A DNA stretch of 64,000 nucleotides from a bacterium (GTDB lineage Bacteria; SAR324; NAC60-12), in assembly GCA_965209155.1 (NCBI GenBank), contig OZ242383.1:1600001-1664000 (forward strand), read 5' to 3'. The translations under genes were made by a program, and so were the position numbers. A model generated the notes under the pieces. It ran no database searches and was not told where the DNA came from. It saw nothing but the letters and a program-made list of their open reading frames with translations. Positions 8,855 through 18,671 of the stretch are shown piece by piece. Position 1 is the stretch's first letter. Each line of letters opens with the position of its first letter.

Positions 8855-10771
8855 TCAGGACGCTTTGTTTAGTGGAATTTTCATGCTTCTCAAATAAATG
8901 CGTAAAACACTAATCGCTGCGGGCGTCACACCGCTGATCCTGCTTGCCTGACCTAAATTGACAGGGCGATAATCCTGCAATTTTTGAATGATCTCCCGAG
9001 ACAAACCCGGAATGCCTTCGTATCGCAGGGTTTCCGGTAGAATAATGCTTTCCAATTGTTCAAAAGATTTCAGCTCCTGTTGTTGCCTTGCAATATAACC
9101 TTCGTATTTGGTTTCAATTTCGACTTGCTCCTGTACCGCTCCGGGATAAAGATGCCAGGGAATAGATGTATCCAGAAAGCGAAATTTCCGGAGCTTCTGG
9201 ATAGTCAATTTCGGACGTTTCAACAGCGCCATTGCATTGGTTCCTGTTTTCAACCTGGCTTCATGACAAGTCTCCAATTCTCCATTGACGGATTCCGTGG
9301 GTGTAATGCGGGAGGCTTGCAGTGTTGCTGAGAGTTGGAAAATTTTTTTCTTTTTTGACTCTACATGATGAAAACATTCTTTGGGAAGCAATCCCAATTT
9401 AAAGCCCTTCTCACTGAGGCGTTGATCCGCGTTGTCTTCGCGCAACAAAAGCCGGTATTCCGAACGCGAAGTGAACATACGATAAGGTTCATTGGTACCT
9501 TTGGAAATCAAATCGTCTATCAAAACCCCAATGTAAGCGTCGTTGCGTCTCAAGACAAAAGGGGGTGCGTTTCTCACTTTTAAAACAGCATTGATTCCCG
9601 CCATTATCCCTTGAGCAGCTGCTTCTTCATAACCGGAGGTGCCATTGATCTGCCCTGCCAGAAAAAGGTTGCGGACGTCTTTCAACTCCAAGGATGGGTA
9701 CAGTTGATTTGGCAGGACAAAATCGTATTCGATGGCATAACCAGGTTGGATGATTTCAACTTCCTCGAGTCCCGGGATGGTTTTTAAGAAGTCCTCCTGC
9801 ACCTCGGCGGGCATACTGGTTGAAAGACCATTGGGATAGATTTTCAGATCGCAAAGGCCCATCGGTTCTAAAAAAATCTGGTGGCGGGGTTTATCAGCGA
9901 ATCGGATCACTTTGTCTTCAATGGAAGGACAATATCGAGGACCAACACCCTGAATAGCGCCACTATACATTGCGGAGCGCTTGAGATTATTCCGGATGAT
10001 TTGATGCGTTTTTTCATTGGTATATGTAATATGACACGGCAATTGGGGTAAAAGAATTTCGGAATCCCAGAAAGAAAACTTCCTGATTGGATGATCGCCC
10101 CATTGAATTTCAGTTTGCTGCCAGTCGATAGTCCTGCGATCCAAACGAGCCGGTGTTCCTGTTTTCAATCGTCCCATACGAAGTTTTTTTCCTGCCAACG
10201 ACGGAGTGATTCCTGTGGATGAGGCTTCTCCAATTCGCCCTGCCTCAATTTTTTCTTCTCCACGGTGAATCAATCCATTGAGGAATGTTCCGGTAGTCAG
10301 GATTAAAGTTTGGGAATAAAATTCAACCTCTGCTCCAGAGCGAACTCCGAACACTTGAGACCCATGGAACAACAGTTCTTTCACCGTTCCGGTTTCTAAG
10401 GTCAGACGGGGTTGATTTTCGATTTTCTCCCGCATGTAATTTTTATAAATCCCCATTTCGGACTGACAACGGGTTCCTCGGGTGGCTGGCCCTTTGGAGC
10501 GATTGAGCACACGAAACTGGATGCCGGTAGCGTCAGCAGCTTTTCCCATTTCCCCACCCAAGGCGTCAATTTCTTTAACCAAATGTCCTTTTGCCAGTCC
10601 TCCAATAGCTGGATTGCAGGACATTTGCGCAATGGTGTCTTCGGACATGGTTAAAAGCAGGGTATTCGCACCCATGCGGGCGGCCGCTAAAGCTGCCTCA
10701 CAGCCGGCATGCCCAGCTCCCACTACCATTACGTCATACTTTTTTTCGGACGCTACATTTGCTTGAATCAA
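8855..10771 (-). CDS. mnmG: tRNA uridine 5-carboxymethylaminomethyl modification enzyme
   Basis: GAGHAGCEAA, MSCNPAIGG, GPRYCPSIEDK, GQINGTSGYEEAAAQG. Confidence 0.98.
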   Translation of the reverse strand: MIQANVASEKKYDVMVVGAGHAGCEAALAAARMGANTLLLTMSEDTIAQMSCNPAIGGLAKGHLVKEIDALGGEMGKAADATGIQFRVLNRSKGPATRGTRCQSEMGIYKNYMREKIENQPRLTLETGTVKELLFHGSQVFGVRSGAEVEFYSQTLILTTGTFLNGLIHRGEEKIEAGRIGEASSTGITPSLAGKKLRMGRLKTGTPARLDRRTIDWQQTEIQWGDHPIRKFSFWDSEILLPQLPCHITYTNEKTHQIIRNNLKRSAMYSGAIQGVGPRYCPSIEDKVIRFADKPRHQIFLEPMGLCDLKIYPNGLSTSMPAEVQEDFLKTIPGLEEVEIIQPGYAIEYDFVLPNQLYPSLELKDVRNLFLAGQINGTSGYEEAAAQGIMAGINAVLKVRNAPPFVLRRNDAYIGVLIDDLISKGTNEPYRMFTSRSEYRLLLREDNADQRLSEKGFKLGLLPKECFHHVESKKKKIFQLSATLQASRITPTESVNGELETCHEARLKTGTNAMALLKRPKLTIQKLRKFRFLDTSIPWHLYPGAVQEQVEIETKYEGYIARQQQELKSFEQLESIILPETLRYEGIPGLSREIIQKLQDYRPVNLGQASRISGVTPAAISVLRIYLRSMKIPLNKAS

Positions 10772-11059
10772 TCCGTCTGTCTCCAGCTATCAGAGTTTCC
10801 TTCCATATCGATGGCAACAAATAAGTTGCGAAACGACTATTCTAAACTCACTCAGCAACTATTCCGGGAATTTATTTAAGGAAAGTGCATAGAAAATGAA
10901 ATTTCAGTAGAGACCTTATCATTTCATATCGTCATAAACAATCTTTTTACTCGGCACATATCTTGCTGGTATTTTGCCAGTCAGGCCTTCAAATCCATCA
11001 TTAAAAAAATTCCATTGGTTATCGGAAATTGCCCACCCTTCAATTGCGGAATCAAAACG

Positions 11060-12298
11060 ATGAAATTTTCAATTTTTCATTTCAGACTCGCTTGGAGCAT
11101 AATAATCGCTTGGACCTTTGTACTTTTTGTTTCGAATCTGACAAGGGCCAGTACGCAAAAAACTGACACCGGCATTCAATACCATATCGTAATAGCGGAA
11201 AGTTTGAACATGAGGGTAGGACCTGACAAGAAGCACCAAGTCATCAAGTTATTAAGCCGTGGTACTCGACTCGACCTTCGTCATGTCACTAAAAAAAAGT
11301 GGGCTTTGGTAAAAGACCCGGAAAGCAATATAGGCTGGGTTTTAAAAAAATATATCCGTAAAATCCGGCCAATGTCTTTACAGCAATCTCAAAATCAGGA
11401 GAAAGAGAATGTCGATAACTCTGCATTGGAAACCGCTATTAAGCAATTCATCGTCGATGTTAAACGCAAAGGACAAATGTATGCGGAAGATAATTTATCT
11501 CTGATCATTAAAGACCTTCACAGCGATAAATTAGTTGTCTCGATCAACCCAAACGCGCAAGTGAAAGCAGCCAGTCTGATCAAAGTTCCAATCCTGCATG
11601 CATACATGATTCATCGCTTTCGCGGCAAGATTGTACATTCCCAGAAAAAACAATGGAATCTGATACGTATGATTCGTTTAAGTGACAACCCCAGTACCAA
11701 TCAAATATTGAGACTGCTGGGAGGTCCTTGGGGCGCAATAAAAATTCTCGAAAATATGAGTCTCTATCAGCATTTGAAATTGGTAGAGTATATACCCAGA
11801 GGCGGCAAAACCTACTTGAATAAGATTTCTGCTGAAGATTTGAACCGGCTCTTCATCCTTTTGTGGGACCGGCAGGTGTTGGGAACTGATTTTTCTGCAA
11901 AATTGAATGAACAAGCATCCGATGAAATGTTGTATATCCTCGGACTTCCAAGCCGAAAAGGTGTAAATGATCGGCTCAAAGACGGCACTTGTTTTGCCAG
12001 GGACCATGATGTTAAAATTTGGGACAAAACTGGATTCGTAAGAGGATTGAATGCCGATGTCGGCATCATTGAAATCAATACGCCCGAAGGACGCCGTCCC
12101 TACTCGATTATCAGTATTATAGATCGTCCCAACTATCGTTCTATTCGGGGAAGTGGTTTATCCTGGGCCAAAAAACAAAGTCGACTTCATCGTAGAATCT
12201 CTGAGATGTCTTATGCCTATTTCAAAAACAAATATGGTGATTCTACAACGTGTGGCACCAAACAATTGACTTCTTACATAAAGTTGGCTTCCATTTGA
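11060..12298 (+). CDS. Secreted SH3b domain + class A beta-lactamase-fold serine hydrolase
   Basis: Signal peptide; LNMRVGP...GWV SH3b; SxxK (ASLIK), SDN and KTG motifs. Confidence 0.8.
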   Translation: MKFSIFHFRLAWSIIIAWTFVLFVSNLTRASTQKTDTGIQYHIVIAESLNMRVGPDKKHQVIKLLSRGTRLDLRHVTKKKWALVKDPESNIGWVLKKYIRKIRPMSLQQSQNQEKENVDNSALETAIKQFIVDVKRKGQMYAEDNLSLIIKDLHSDKLVVSINPNAQVKAASLIKVPILHAYMIHRFRGKIVHSQKKQWNLIRMIRLSDNPSTNQILRLLGGPWGAIKILENMSLYQHLKLVEYIPRGGKTYLNKISAEDLNRLFILLWDRQVLGTDFSAKLNEQASDEMLYILGLPSRKGVNDRLKDGTCFARDHDVKIWDKTGFVRGLNADVGIIEINTPEGRRPYSIISIIDRPNYRSIRGSGLSWAKKQSRLHRRISEMSYAYFKNKYGDSTTCGTKQLTSYIKLASI

Positions 12299-12515
12299 TC
12301 CGAAATACTTTCCTGCTCCAACCACCCCATTGATTTTTCCGGTAATAAATTCCGAAGACATTCGAGTATGCCAGTGACAAGCGCATATACCGGCAACGGT
12401 GCGTAAAACAGCATATTGGAGAGTGGAGGTGTTAAGGATTTCCTCAGAAAAATACGCAAAAACTTTGTTGTAAAATATTGAAAAACCCCTAAAATAGATG
12501 GTGGATTCCTCCAAT

Positions 12516-12589
12516 GGCGAGCGTAGCTCAGCCGGTAGAGCGCTGGATTGTGATTCCAGTGGTCGAGGGTTCAAGTCCCTTCGCTCGCC
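12516..12589 (+). tRNA. tRNA-His(GTG)
   Basis: Cloverleaf with G-1:C73; anticodon arm CTGGA-TT-GTG-AT-TCCAG; CCA not fully encoded. Confidence 0.95.
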
Positions 12590-12605
12590 CACCTTACCGT
12601 GTCAG

Positions 12606-12682
12606 GCGCCTGTAGCTCAGTTGGATAGAGCAGTAGACTTCGAATCTAAAGGCCGGAGGTTCGAATCCTCCCAGGCGTGCCA
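12606..12682 (+). tRNA. tRNA-Arg(TCG)
   Basis: Cloverleaf, anticodon loop CT-TCG-AA, GGTTCGAATCC T-arm, 3' CCA. Confidence 0.95.
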
Positions 12683-12826
12683 ATGTACTCCTACATCCGT
12701 ATTTTCTCGAGGGTTCCTTTGAAGAAACAGTTTACTGGTGCGTGAACGAAAACTTCCACATCACTTGAAGAATTAGAGATATCGGGCTATTATTTACCTT
12801 GAATAAAAAATTTAATGCAAAGCATC

Positions 12827-12855
12827 TTGACAAGTCAAAATTGCCCAGATAGGCT
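12827..12855 (+). promoter_or_regulatory. Strong sigma70 promoter for the tRNA-Ile/Ala unit
   Basis: TTGACA-N17-TAGGCT with an A-rich upstream element. Confidence 0.7.
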
Positions 12856-13032
12856 GTCTGTCTTTAGGTCTGACTCCAGCAGAGACGCATAATTCTCGCG
12901 AACATGGGATCTGGAGTTTGCAGGATATTATTTGGAATCCTTACAAAAGATACGCTTGGGTTTTCTGCTTGTTTCGCCGTTTTCTTTTGAGTGGCTTCTA
13001 TTCTCAGATGAATTGTTGAAGGCATGAAGAAA

Positions 13033-13109
<77 letters not shown>

Positions 13110-13159
13110 ATCCGTCCATTTGAGAATAAAAACTGCGGCATCGAGCAAATAAATATTTT

Positions 13160-13235
<76 letters not shown>

Positions 13236-13389
13236 TCATCGTGTTTATGATGGTGAACGAAATGATTGCCAGCGCTTTTGGCGAAAAGAATTTTTCAATG
13301 AGTTCCTGTATGCGGAAAACCAATCCCTTTACTAAAGTCAGGAATACCAATGTCGGAGCACCGGACCGATGCTAGATTTATAGAATGAA

Positions 13390-13464
<75 letters not shown>

Positions 13465-13532
13465 GCTTGTACATTAGGAAATTTCAAAGAGTATGATCCT
13501 GGAGTGCCATTAAACCCGAAGAGGAGAGGACA

Positions 13533-14090
13533 ATAGCAAATCAAAGAAAACGTCAATCTAAAGTTGAGGAAAAAGCTCGTATCAACGAAAAAATAGCTGC
13601 TCCCGAAGTTCGGGTCATCAGCGCAGAAGGAAAACAAGTTGGGATACTCATGACCGTAAAAGCCTTGGAGATAGCAGAGAACCAAGGATTGGATTTGATT
13701 GAGGTTTCCCCACATGCCAATCCCCCGGTTTGCCGACTGATGGACTATGGCAAATACAAGTATCAACGCAGTAAAAAACAGCACGAAGCCAAGAAAAATC
13801 AAAAAATTGTCCATCTCAAAGAAATCAAGTTGAGACCCAAGACCGAGAAACACGATCTTGATTTTAAACTGAACAATGCTCTGCGATTTTTAAAAGATGG
13901 TAATAAAGTCAAAGTGATCGTGACGTTTCGTGGGCGTGAGATGACGCATCGGGAAATTGGCATTGCATTGTTGGAAAAGTTTCACGAATCCATTGGAGAA
14001 AGAGGCGTGATTGAACAGCAGTTGAAGGATGAAGGTCGCAGTATTTCATTGATATTGGCACCTAGTAAGATGAAGCAGATGAAAAGGTAG
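13533..14090 (+). CDS. infC: Translation initiation factor IF-3 (AUA start)
   Basis: In-frame ATA at 13533 behind GAGGAG restores RINEKIAAPEVRVI; PPVCRLMDYGKYKY, KEIKLRP, FRGRE. Confidence 0.93.
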   Translation: MANQRKRQSKVEEKARINEKIAAPEVRVISAEGKQVGILMTVKALEIAENQGLDLIEVSPHANPPVCRLMDYGKYKYQRSKKQHEAKKNQKIVHLKEIKLRPKTEKHDLDFKLNNALRFLKDGNKVKVIVTFRGREMTHREIGIALLEKFHESIGERGVIEQQLKDEGRSISLILAPSKMKQMKR

Positions 14091-14095
14091 CAATC

Positions 14096-14299
14096 ATGGC
14101 AAAAGTAAAAACAAAGACAAATCGAGGCGCAGCCAAACGATTCAAGATTAAAAGCAGTGGTAAGATTAAACGTAAAAGAGCGTATTTACGACACGGTATG
14201 CGCAAGAAACCTCCGAAAGTCAAACGCACCTTGAGGAGTAAGACCTATGTCACTGCGACTGATGCTCCTGCAGTGAGGAAACTATTGCCAAACGGATAA
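14096..14299 (+). CDS. rpmI: 50S ribosomal protein L35
   Basis: KTNRGAAKRFKI..SGKIKR; position between infC and rplT. Confidence 0.95.
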   Translation: MAKVKTKTNRGAAKRFKIKSSGKIKRKRAYLRHGMRKKPPKVKRTLRSKTYVTATDAPAVRKLLPNG

Positions 14300-14317
14300 A
14301 TTAGCAGAGGAAACACC

Positions 14318-14677
14318 ATGGCCCGGATTAAGAGAGCTTTACAAGCTCGCAAAAGGAAAAAAAATTATTTTAAAGCAGCCAAAGGATTTCGAGGTGCACG
14401 CAGTCGTTTATGGCGTACTGTAAAAAATGCCGTGGATCGTGCCCGGCAATATAGTTACCGGGACCGACGTGTCAGAAAACGTGACTTTCGCAGATTGTGG
14501 ATTGTGCGAATCAACGCCGCGGTTCGAGCGCACGGCCTCAGTTACAGTCAATTCATTCATGGTCTCCAACTGGCCAAAATCGAATTGGACCGAAAGGCGC
14601 TTGCTCACTTGGCGATGGAAGAATCGGACGCTTTTGATTCTATAGTAGAAAAGGTAAAGGCAAAGCTGACTGCTTAA
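14318..14677 (+). CDS. rplT: 50S ribosomal protein L20
   Basis: [32 protein letters not shown]. Confidence 0.98.
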   Translation: MARIKRALQARKRKKNYFKAAKGFRGARSRLWRTVKNAVDRARQYSYRDRRVRKRDFRRLWIVRINAAVRAHGLSYSQFIHGLQLAKIELDRKALAHLAMEESDAFDSIVEKVKAKLTA

Positions 14678-14856
14678 ATTCGAGGACCGTTACAATTTCA
14701 AAAATTGAGCGATTGTTATAAAAAAGCTCTTACCCATGGAGAAAAAGCGTTTTATTTCAGTGAATGACACCAAAACAGAATCTAACACGGTCCCAGAGGT
14801 GGAGAGCTTTACGGAAAAAGATGTAACAATTCAGGTATCAGTAAATGTCCCGGAAT

Positions 14857-15201
14857 TCACTGGTTTAAAAATTCATGAAGAGCTTGGATATCGTTGCTGA
14901 GGTGGGGTAGGGGGACCATGATTTTTGTGGTTCTCTTTGGAACGTAACCAGCCGGATATTTCCCTTCCAGGAGTCTCACTTGCAGGAGTTCCAGTGATGA
15001 ATACGCCACAGAAGGTCCAATAGCTCCGTTTTGTTTTGGATCCGTATGATGACATGCTGCACAATTCGCAATATAGACGGCTTTTCCTTTTTGCAGCAAC
15101 TTGTTATCTACTGCATTTCGTGAATTGGAATTTCGGCTTTTTTCGCATCCGAATACGACGATCAAAAAGCATCCTAAAATCCATCCAGTGCGAAATCTCA
15201 T
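14857..15201 (-). CDS. Lipoprotein monoheme cytochrome c
   Basis: Lipobox-like VVFGC, CAACH heme motif, distal Met (KIMVP); start set at ATG 15201. Confidence 0.8.
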   Translation of the reverse strand: MRFRTGWILGCFLIVVFGCEKSRNSNSRNAVDNKLLQKGKAVYIANCAACHHTDPKQNGAIGPSVAYSSLELLQVRLLEGKYPAGYVPKRTTKIMVPLPHLSNDIQALHEFLNQ

Positions 15202-15301
15202 AAAAAAGGAGGTATTTTCAGCGGATTTTGAGAAAGGTTGAAAGGCGCCAATCCGGATTGACTCGGATTGGCGTTCTCCAGAGTGAAAATGAGGAAGAAA
15301 T

Positions 15302-15997
15302 TCAGGATATAATTTCAATGACTGCGTATAAAACCACTGAAAGTACAAACCCCCAAGTGATCACTCCTTTCACGGTTGTCATGACACTCGGTTTCCCCAC
15401 AATACCATTTATTTCGATTGCCCCCACAATGATGGCAAGTACAATCCATAAAGTCCATCTGTTATAGTCGTCTGCGTAATTCAAAGGCAAGTGACTTGCT
15501 GCTCCCATGAAAAATAACATCGGAACAGAAAATAAAGTGTTCGTCCGAGAAGCCAAAGTCGCTTTTGCACCCCGGTCCAATGCGTCTGGAAGTGCCTCTC
15601 GTCCTTCGGCCACTTGGTTTGCCGATTCAATGACTACTTTTTGTGCTGGCCAAATAATAAACCAGACGTTCAAGAACATCAGAGTTCCCAATGCCGAACC
15701 GAGTAATATGAAGATACCCCACGAGCTATCGTAAACGGCCCAACCCGCTTGCAAACCTTTCAACAGTAGCGTCAGGGCTCCTGCCAGAAAAGTCACCATT
15801 GCTGCCCACCTGAACCACCATAAAGCACGCGGTACCAATTTCTGAACCGCAGCAGATTTAACATCAGCCTCTGCTTCCTTAAACCATTCGCTTTGCACAA
15901 AATTAAAATAATAGAGAAGGCCGATCCAGGTAATCCCTGCTAAAAAATGGGCCCAACGTAATAACATATACAAACCGTCCATTGTGAATACTGCCAT
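15302..15997 (-). CDS. Urate oxidase N-terminal-like (PuuD-type) membrane protein
   Basis: RWAHFLAGITWIGLLYYFNFVQ, ALWWFRWAA, MFLNVWFIIWPAQK, ASRTNTLFSVPMLFFM; SD GGAG before ATG 15997. Confidence 0.82.
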   Translation of the reverse strand: MAVFTMDGLYMLLRWAHFLAGITWIGLLYYFNFVQSEWFKEAEADVKSAAVQKLVPRALWWFRWAAMVTFLAGALTLLLKGLQAGWAVYDSSWGIFILLGSALGTLMFLNVWFIIWPAQKVVIESANQVAEGREALPDALDRGAKATLASRTNTLFSVPMLFFMGAASHLPLNYADDYNRWTLWIVLAIIVGAIEINGIVGKPSVMTTVKGVITWGFVLSVVLYAVIEIIS

Positions 15998-16083
15998 TGC
16001 TTTCTCTCCTTCCTGAAAGGTGATCATCTCTTCAGAGTTTATTTTAAAACCTCTCTCAATGAAAGATTTAATCCATCAACCGT

Positions 16084-16113
16084 AGATTAATATTGGATTC
16101 GGTCGTATGTCAA
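16084..16113 (-). promoter_or_regulatory. Putative sigma70 promoter of the PuuD-like/cytochrome c pair
   Basis: Minus-strand TTGACA-N18-TAATCT; overlaps the TTAATC-N11-GATTAA palindrome (16068-16090). Confidence 0.45.
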
Positions 16114-16196
16114 GTTTTAATTATAATTTTTTTACAAACATTTTCCCTTAGCTACATCCTGACTCCAGGTAGTAGAAAGAACGAATGGGAAAAATC

Positions 16197-17471
16197 TCAA
16201 TGACCATGCCATGATTTGCAGAGATGTTTGTCTGAAATAGGGACGATCGGTACCTTTCCCAAAAAAGTGAAATAACAGAGGAAAAAGGCTCCCAGAAATC
16301 CAAGCGTGATCAGAATTTCATGAGCGCCGAAATTTATATGATAATGACCCGGCTCTTGAAGCGAGGGGACAATGAGCAAATACATGGCAACCCAATGCCC
16401 GATTGCGACATAGATTCCCACTATGCGTATGATCCAAGGAATACGGCAAATCGTCTTGGGCAACAAGATCAAAAAAACAGACACGAAAATCCACAATATG
16501 ACAATGACGAACAACGTTTGCCAGGGTTGCTCGAACGAACGAATGACCAGGAAAGGCGTTTCCTCGGGAAGGTCCGCATACCATATGACGAGATATTGAG
16601 AGTAACCCATGTAGGTCCATACCAATGAAAAGGCAAACGTCATTTTTGCCAGATCATGCAGGCGGTTGATAGTGATATACTCCCCAAGGTCCAGCCGGTT
16701 ACGAAACGTAACTGCCACTGCCAACAGGATTCCCAGGGCGGTTTGCAAACTGCCGACCATTATGAAAACGCCGAAAAGGGTGCTGAACCATTCCTGATCC
16801 AGACTCATGATGAAATCCCAGGCAATGAAGGATGCGGCAATTGTATAAATCAATGCCAACGTGGGAGCCAGTCTGCGAGAAAGCTGCTCCAATCGGAGCA
16901 CTTCATTTTCATGTGTCCCATATCCCTTGAGAAGAAAATCACCTAGTTTGCCTCCCCAACCCTCCGACAATTGACGGGCCAGCCCAAAATCAGGCTTGAG
17001 GGAAGTGATCACGAAGAGGTATGAAACCCCATACATCAATACCAGCCAGAAAATATTTCGAGCGACGAAGAAATGGAGATTGAGCCAACCAGCCTTGACC
17101 GCATGTCCGTGGTGTATAAAGGGCTTTTCCACCCATTCATAGAGGATATGGCTACCAAAAAAAACCAGGACAAAAAGGAAAAAAGCCACTGGTAAAAATG
17201 CTCCGCATGCTTCTGCCATGCGTTTGAAGGGCCTTGCCCATTTGGCATCGGTAATTTGCCAGATCACCGACCAAATCACACCGGCTTGGGCCAATCCCCC
17301 CCAGAACATCACATTGATTAACAAGGTCTCCCAAGTACGAACCAACCCTTGATGATCACCCGTAGTCAAGCCAATGATGAACATCAGCACTCCGAGGACG
17401 ACACAGATCCAAAGTCCCATTCTCACAGGAGCAGACATTTCAAAGCCGGACTTATCCAATAACTCTTTCAT
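16197..17471 (-). CDS. actF: Alternative complex III membrane subunit ActF
   Basis: Polytopic; DFIMSLDQEWFSTLFG, LHDLAKMTFAFS, WTYMGYSQYLVIWYADLPEET. Confidence 0.88.
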   Translation of the reverse strand: MKELLDKSGFEMSAPVRMGLWICVVLGVLMFIIGLTTGDHQGLVRTWETLLINVMFWGGLAQAGVIWSVIWQITDAKWARPFKRMAEACGAFLPVAFFLFVLVFFGSHILYEWVEKPFIHHGHAVKAGWLNLHFFVARNIFWLVLMYGVSYLFVITSLKPDFGLARQLSEGWGGKLGDFLLKGYGTHENEVLRLEQLSRRLAPTLALIYTIAASFIAWDFIMSLDQEWFSTLFGVFIMVGSLQTALGILLAVAVTFRNRLDLGEYITINRLHDLAKMTFAFSLVWTYMGYSQYLVIWYADLPEETPFLVIRSFEQPWQTLFVIVILWIFVSVFLILLPKTICRIPWIIRIVGIYVAIGHWVAMYLLIVPSLQEPGHYHINFGAHEILITLGFLGAFFLCYFTFLGKVPIVPISDKHLCKSWHGH

Positions 17472-18163
17472 CGAATCGTCTCCTTACCAAATTTTTCGCT
17501 TTTCATGTAATTGACCATATCCCAACGGTCTTGAGGAGAGGTTTGCGCTCCATAAGACGGCATCAATCCAGGCAAAGGGTAATAGTATCCCGCATTGTAA
17601 AAACTGCCGAACCGGATTTTGTTGTAAAGATGGGGCTCGCCAAACGTTTGAATATATAGGCTCAAGTCGGCAGGAATGTAGAGAATCCCCTTCGCTTTAC
17701 TGGCAACGACACTTTCGGCTTTTCCCGTTTTTCCGTGGCAAACGCTGCAATAGGTGTTGAAAAGTATACGTCCTCTCGCAATCGATTCATCGGTGGCTAC
17801 TGTTGGGTTTTCAGGTTTCATTTCCCGTTCGGCAAAGAGCATGGGTTCAAAAATGGTTTGAATTTTTCCCAGGCTGAATTTGACGGGAACCGCACCTTTC
17901 GGAAATTGCTGGTAGGTGCCTTCTTCCTGCGCTTTGATTCCAACGCCATCAAACATTTCCTGGTAGTAAGGAATTTTGACCCAATCGAACCATGGACGCG
18001 CGTCGTCCTTGAAATTGAAACCTCCCTTTTCCGGGTCGCTTAAAGGACGGTTGGGAGGATTGGCCCAGCAAATCATACCAATACTGAGAATCAGCAAGAG
18101 CATGACTAGTCGACAAACGGATTTGCGAATACTATCCATCAGAATTAATTTAACGAATTTCAA
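17468..18163 (-). CDS. actE: Alternative complex III monoheme cytochrome c ActE
   Basis: CSVCH, MPSYG...DRWDMVNYM; operon position. Confidence 0.8.
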   Translation of the reverse strand: MKFVKLILMDSIRKSVCRLVMLLLILSIGMICWANPPNRPLSDPEKGGFNFKDDARPWFDWVKIPYYQEMFDGVGIKAQEEGTYQQFPKGAVPVKFSLGKIQTIFEPMLFAEREMKPENPTVATDESIARGRILFNTYCSVCHGKTGKAESVVASKAKGILYIPADLSLYIQTFGEPHLYNKIRFGSFYNAGYYYPLPGLMPSYGAQTSPQDRWDMVNYMKSEKFGKETIR

Positions 18164-18671
18164 CGTGGACCTCCTCGGCTCCGTGAGCTTTTAAGAGTTT
18201 TTCAAAGTCATGGGTTTGAGTTGGTTCACAAGGGACCACCAGACCGAATCGATCTCTTTGAAAGCGTGTGTACTGTTTAACCCCTTTCGGCAGAGGATAC
18301 CGTAACGAATCAATCGCGATCAAAAGAATCATGCCCGCCAACGTGAAGAGTGCGGTGAACATAATGGTCAATTCAAATCCGATGATGGTGAAGGGTGGAA
18401 TCGCCAAAAGCGGTTTCCCCCCCACTGGTAAGACCCAATCAGATGCCGTCCAGGCGGGAAAGCTGTATCCAGTCAAGCAACCCAACGCGCCGAAAATCAA
18501 AGCTATGAAGGGCAGTCGGGTTTGAGGATCACCCAACGCATGTTCGATTTCATGCCGAGGGCAAGGAGAAAGTACTTGAGGTTGTGTTCCTTGCGCTCTC
18601 ACTTTTTTAATTGCCTCGGTGAGTTCGTCAAGATACTCAAAACTAGCCCAAACTCCATTAAACTTGCTCAT
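18150..18671 (-). CDS. actD: Alternative complex III subunit ActD (DUF3341)
   Basis: VGGKP...IPPFTIIGFELTIMF, RFQRDRFGL, GAEEV. Confidence 0.87.
   Translation of the reverse strand: MSKFNGVWASFEYLDELTEAIKKVRAQGTQPQVLSPCPRHEIEHALGDPQTRLPFIALIFGALGCLTGYSFPAWTASDWVLPVGGKPLLAIPPFTIIGFELTIMFTALFTLAGMILLIAIDSLRYPLPKGVKQYTRFQRDRFGLVVPCEPTQTHDFEKLLKAHGAEEVHVEIR

Noticed and set aside
10772..11059. oriC next to mnmG
   Set aside because: No TTATCCACA-type DnaA box cluster seen
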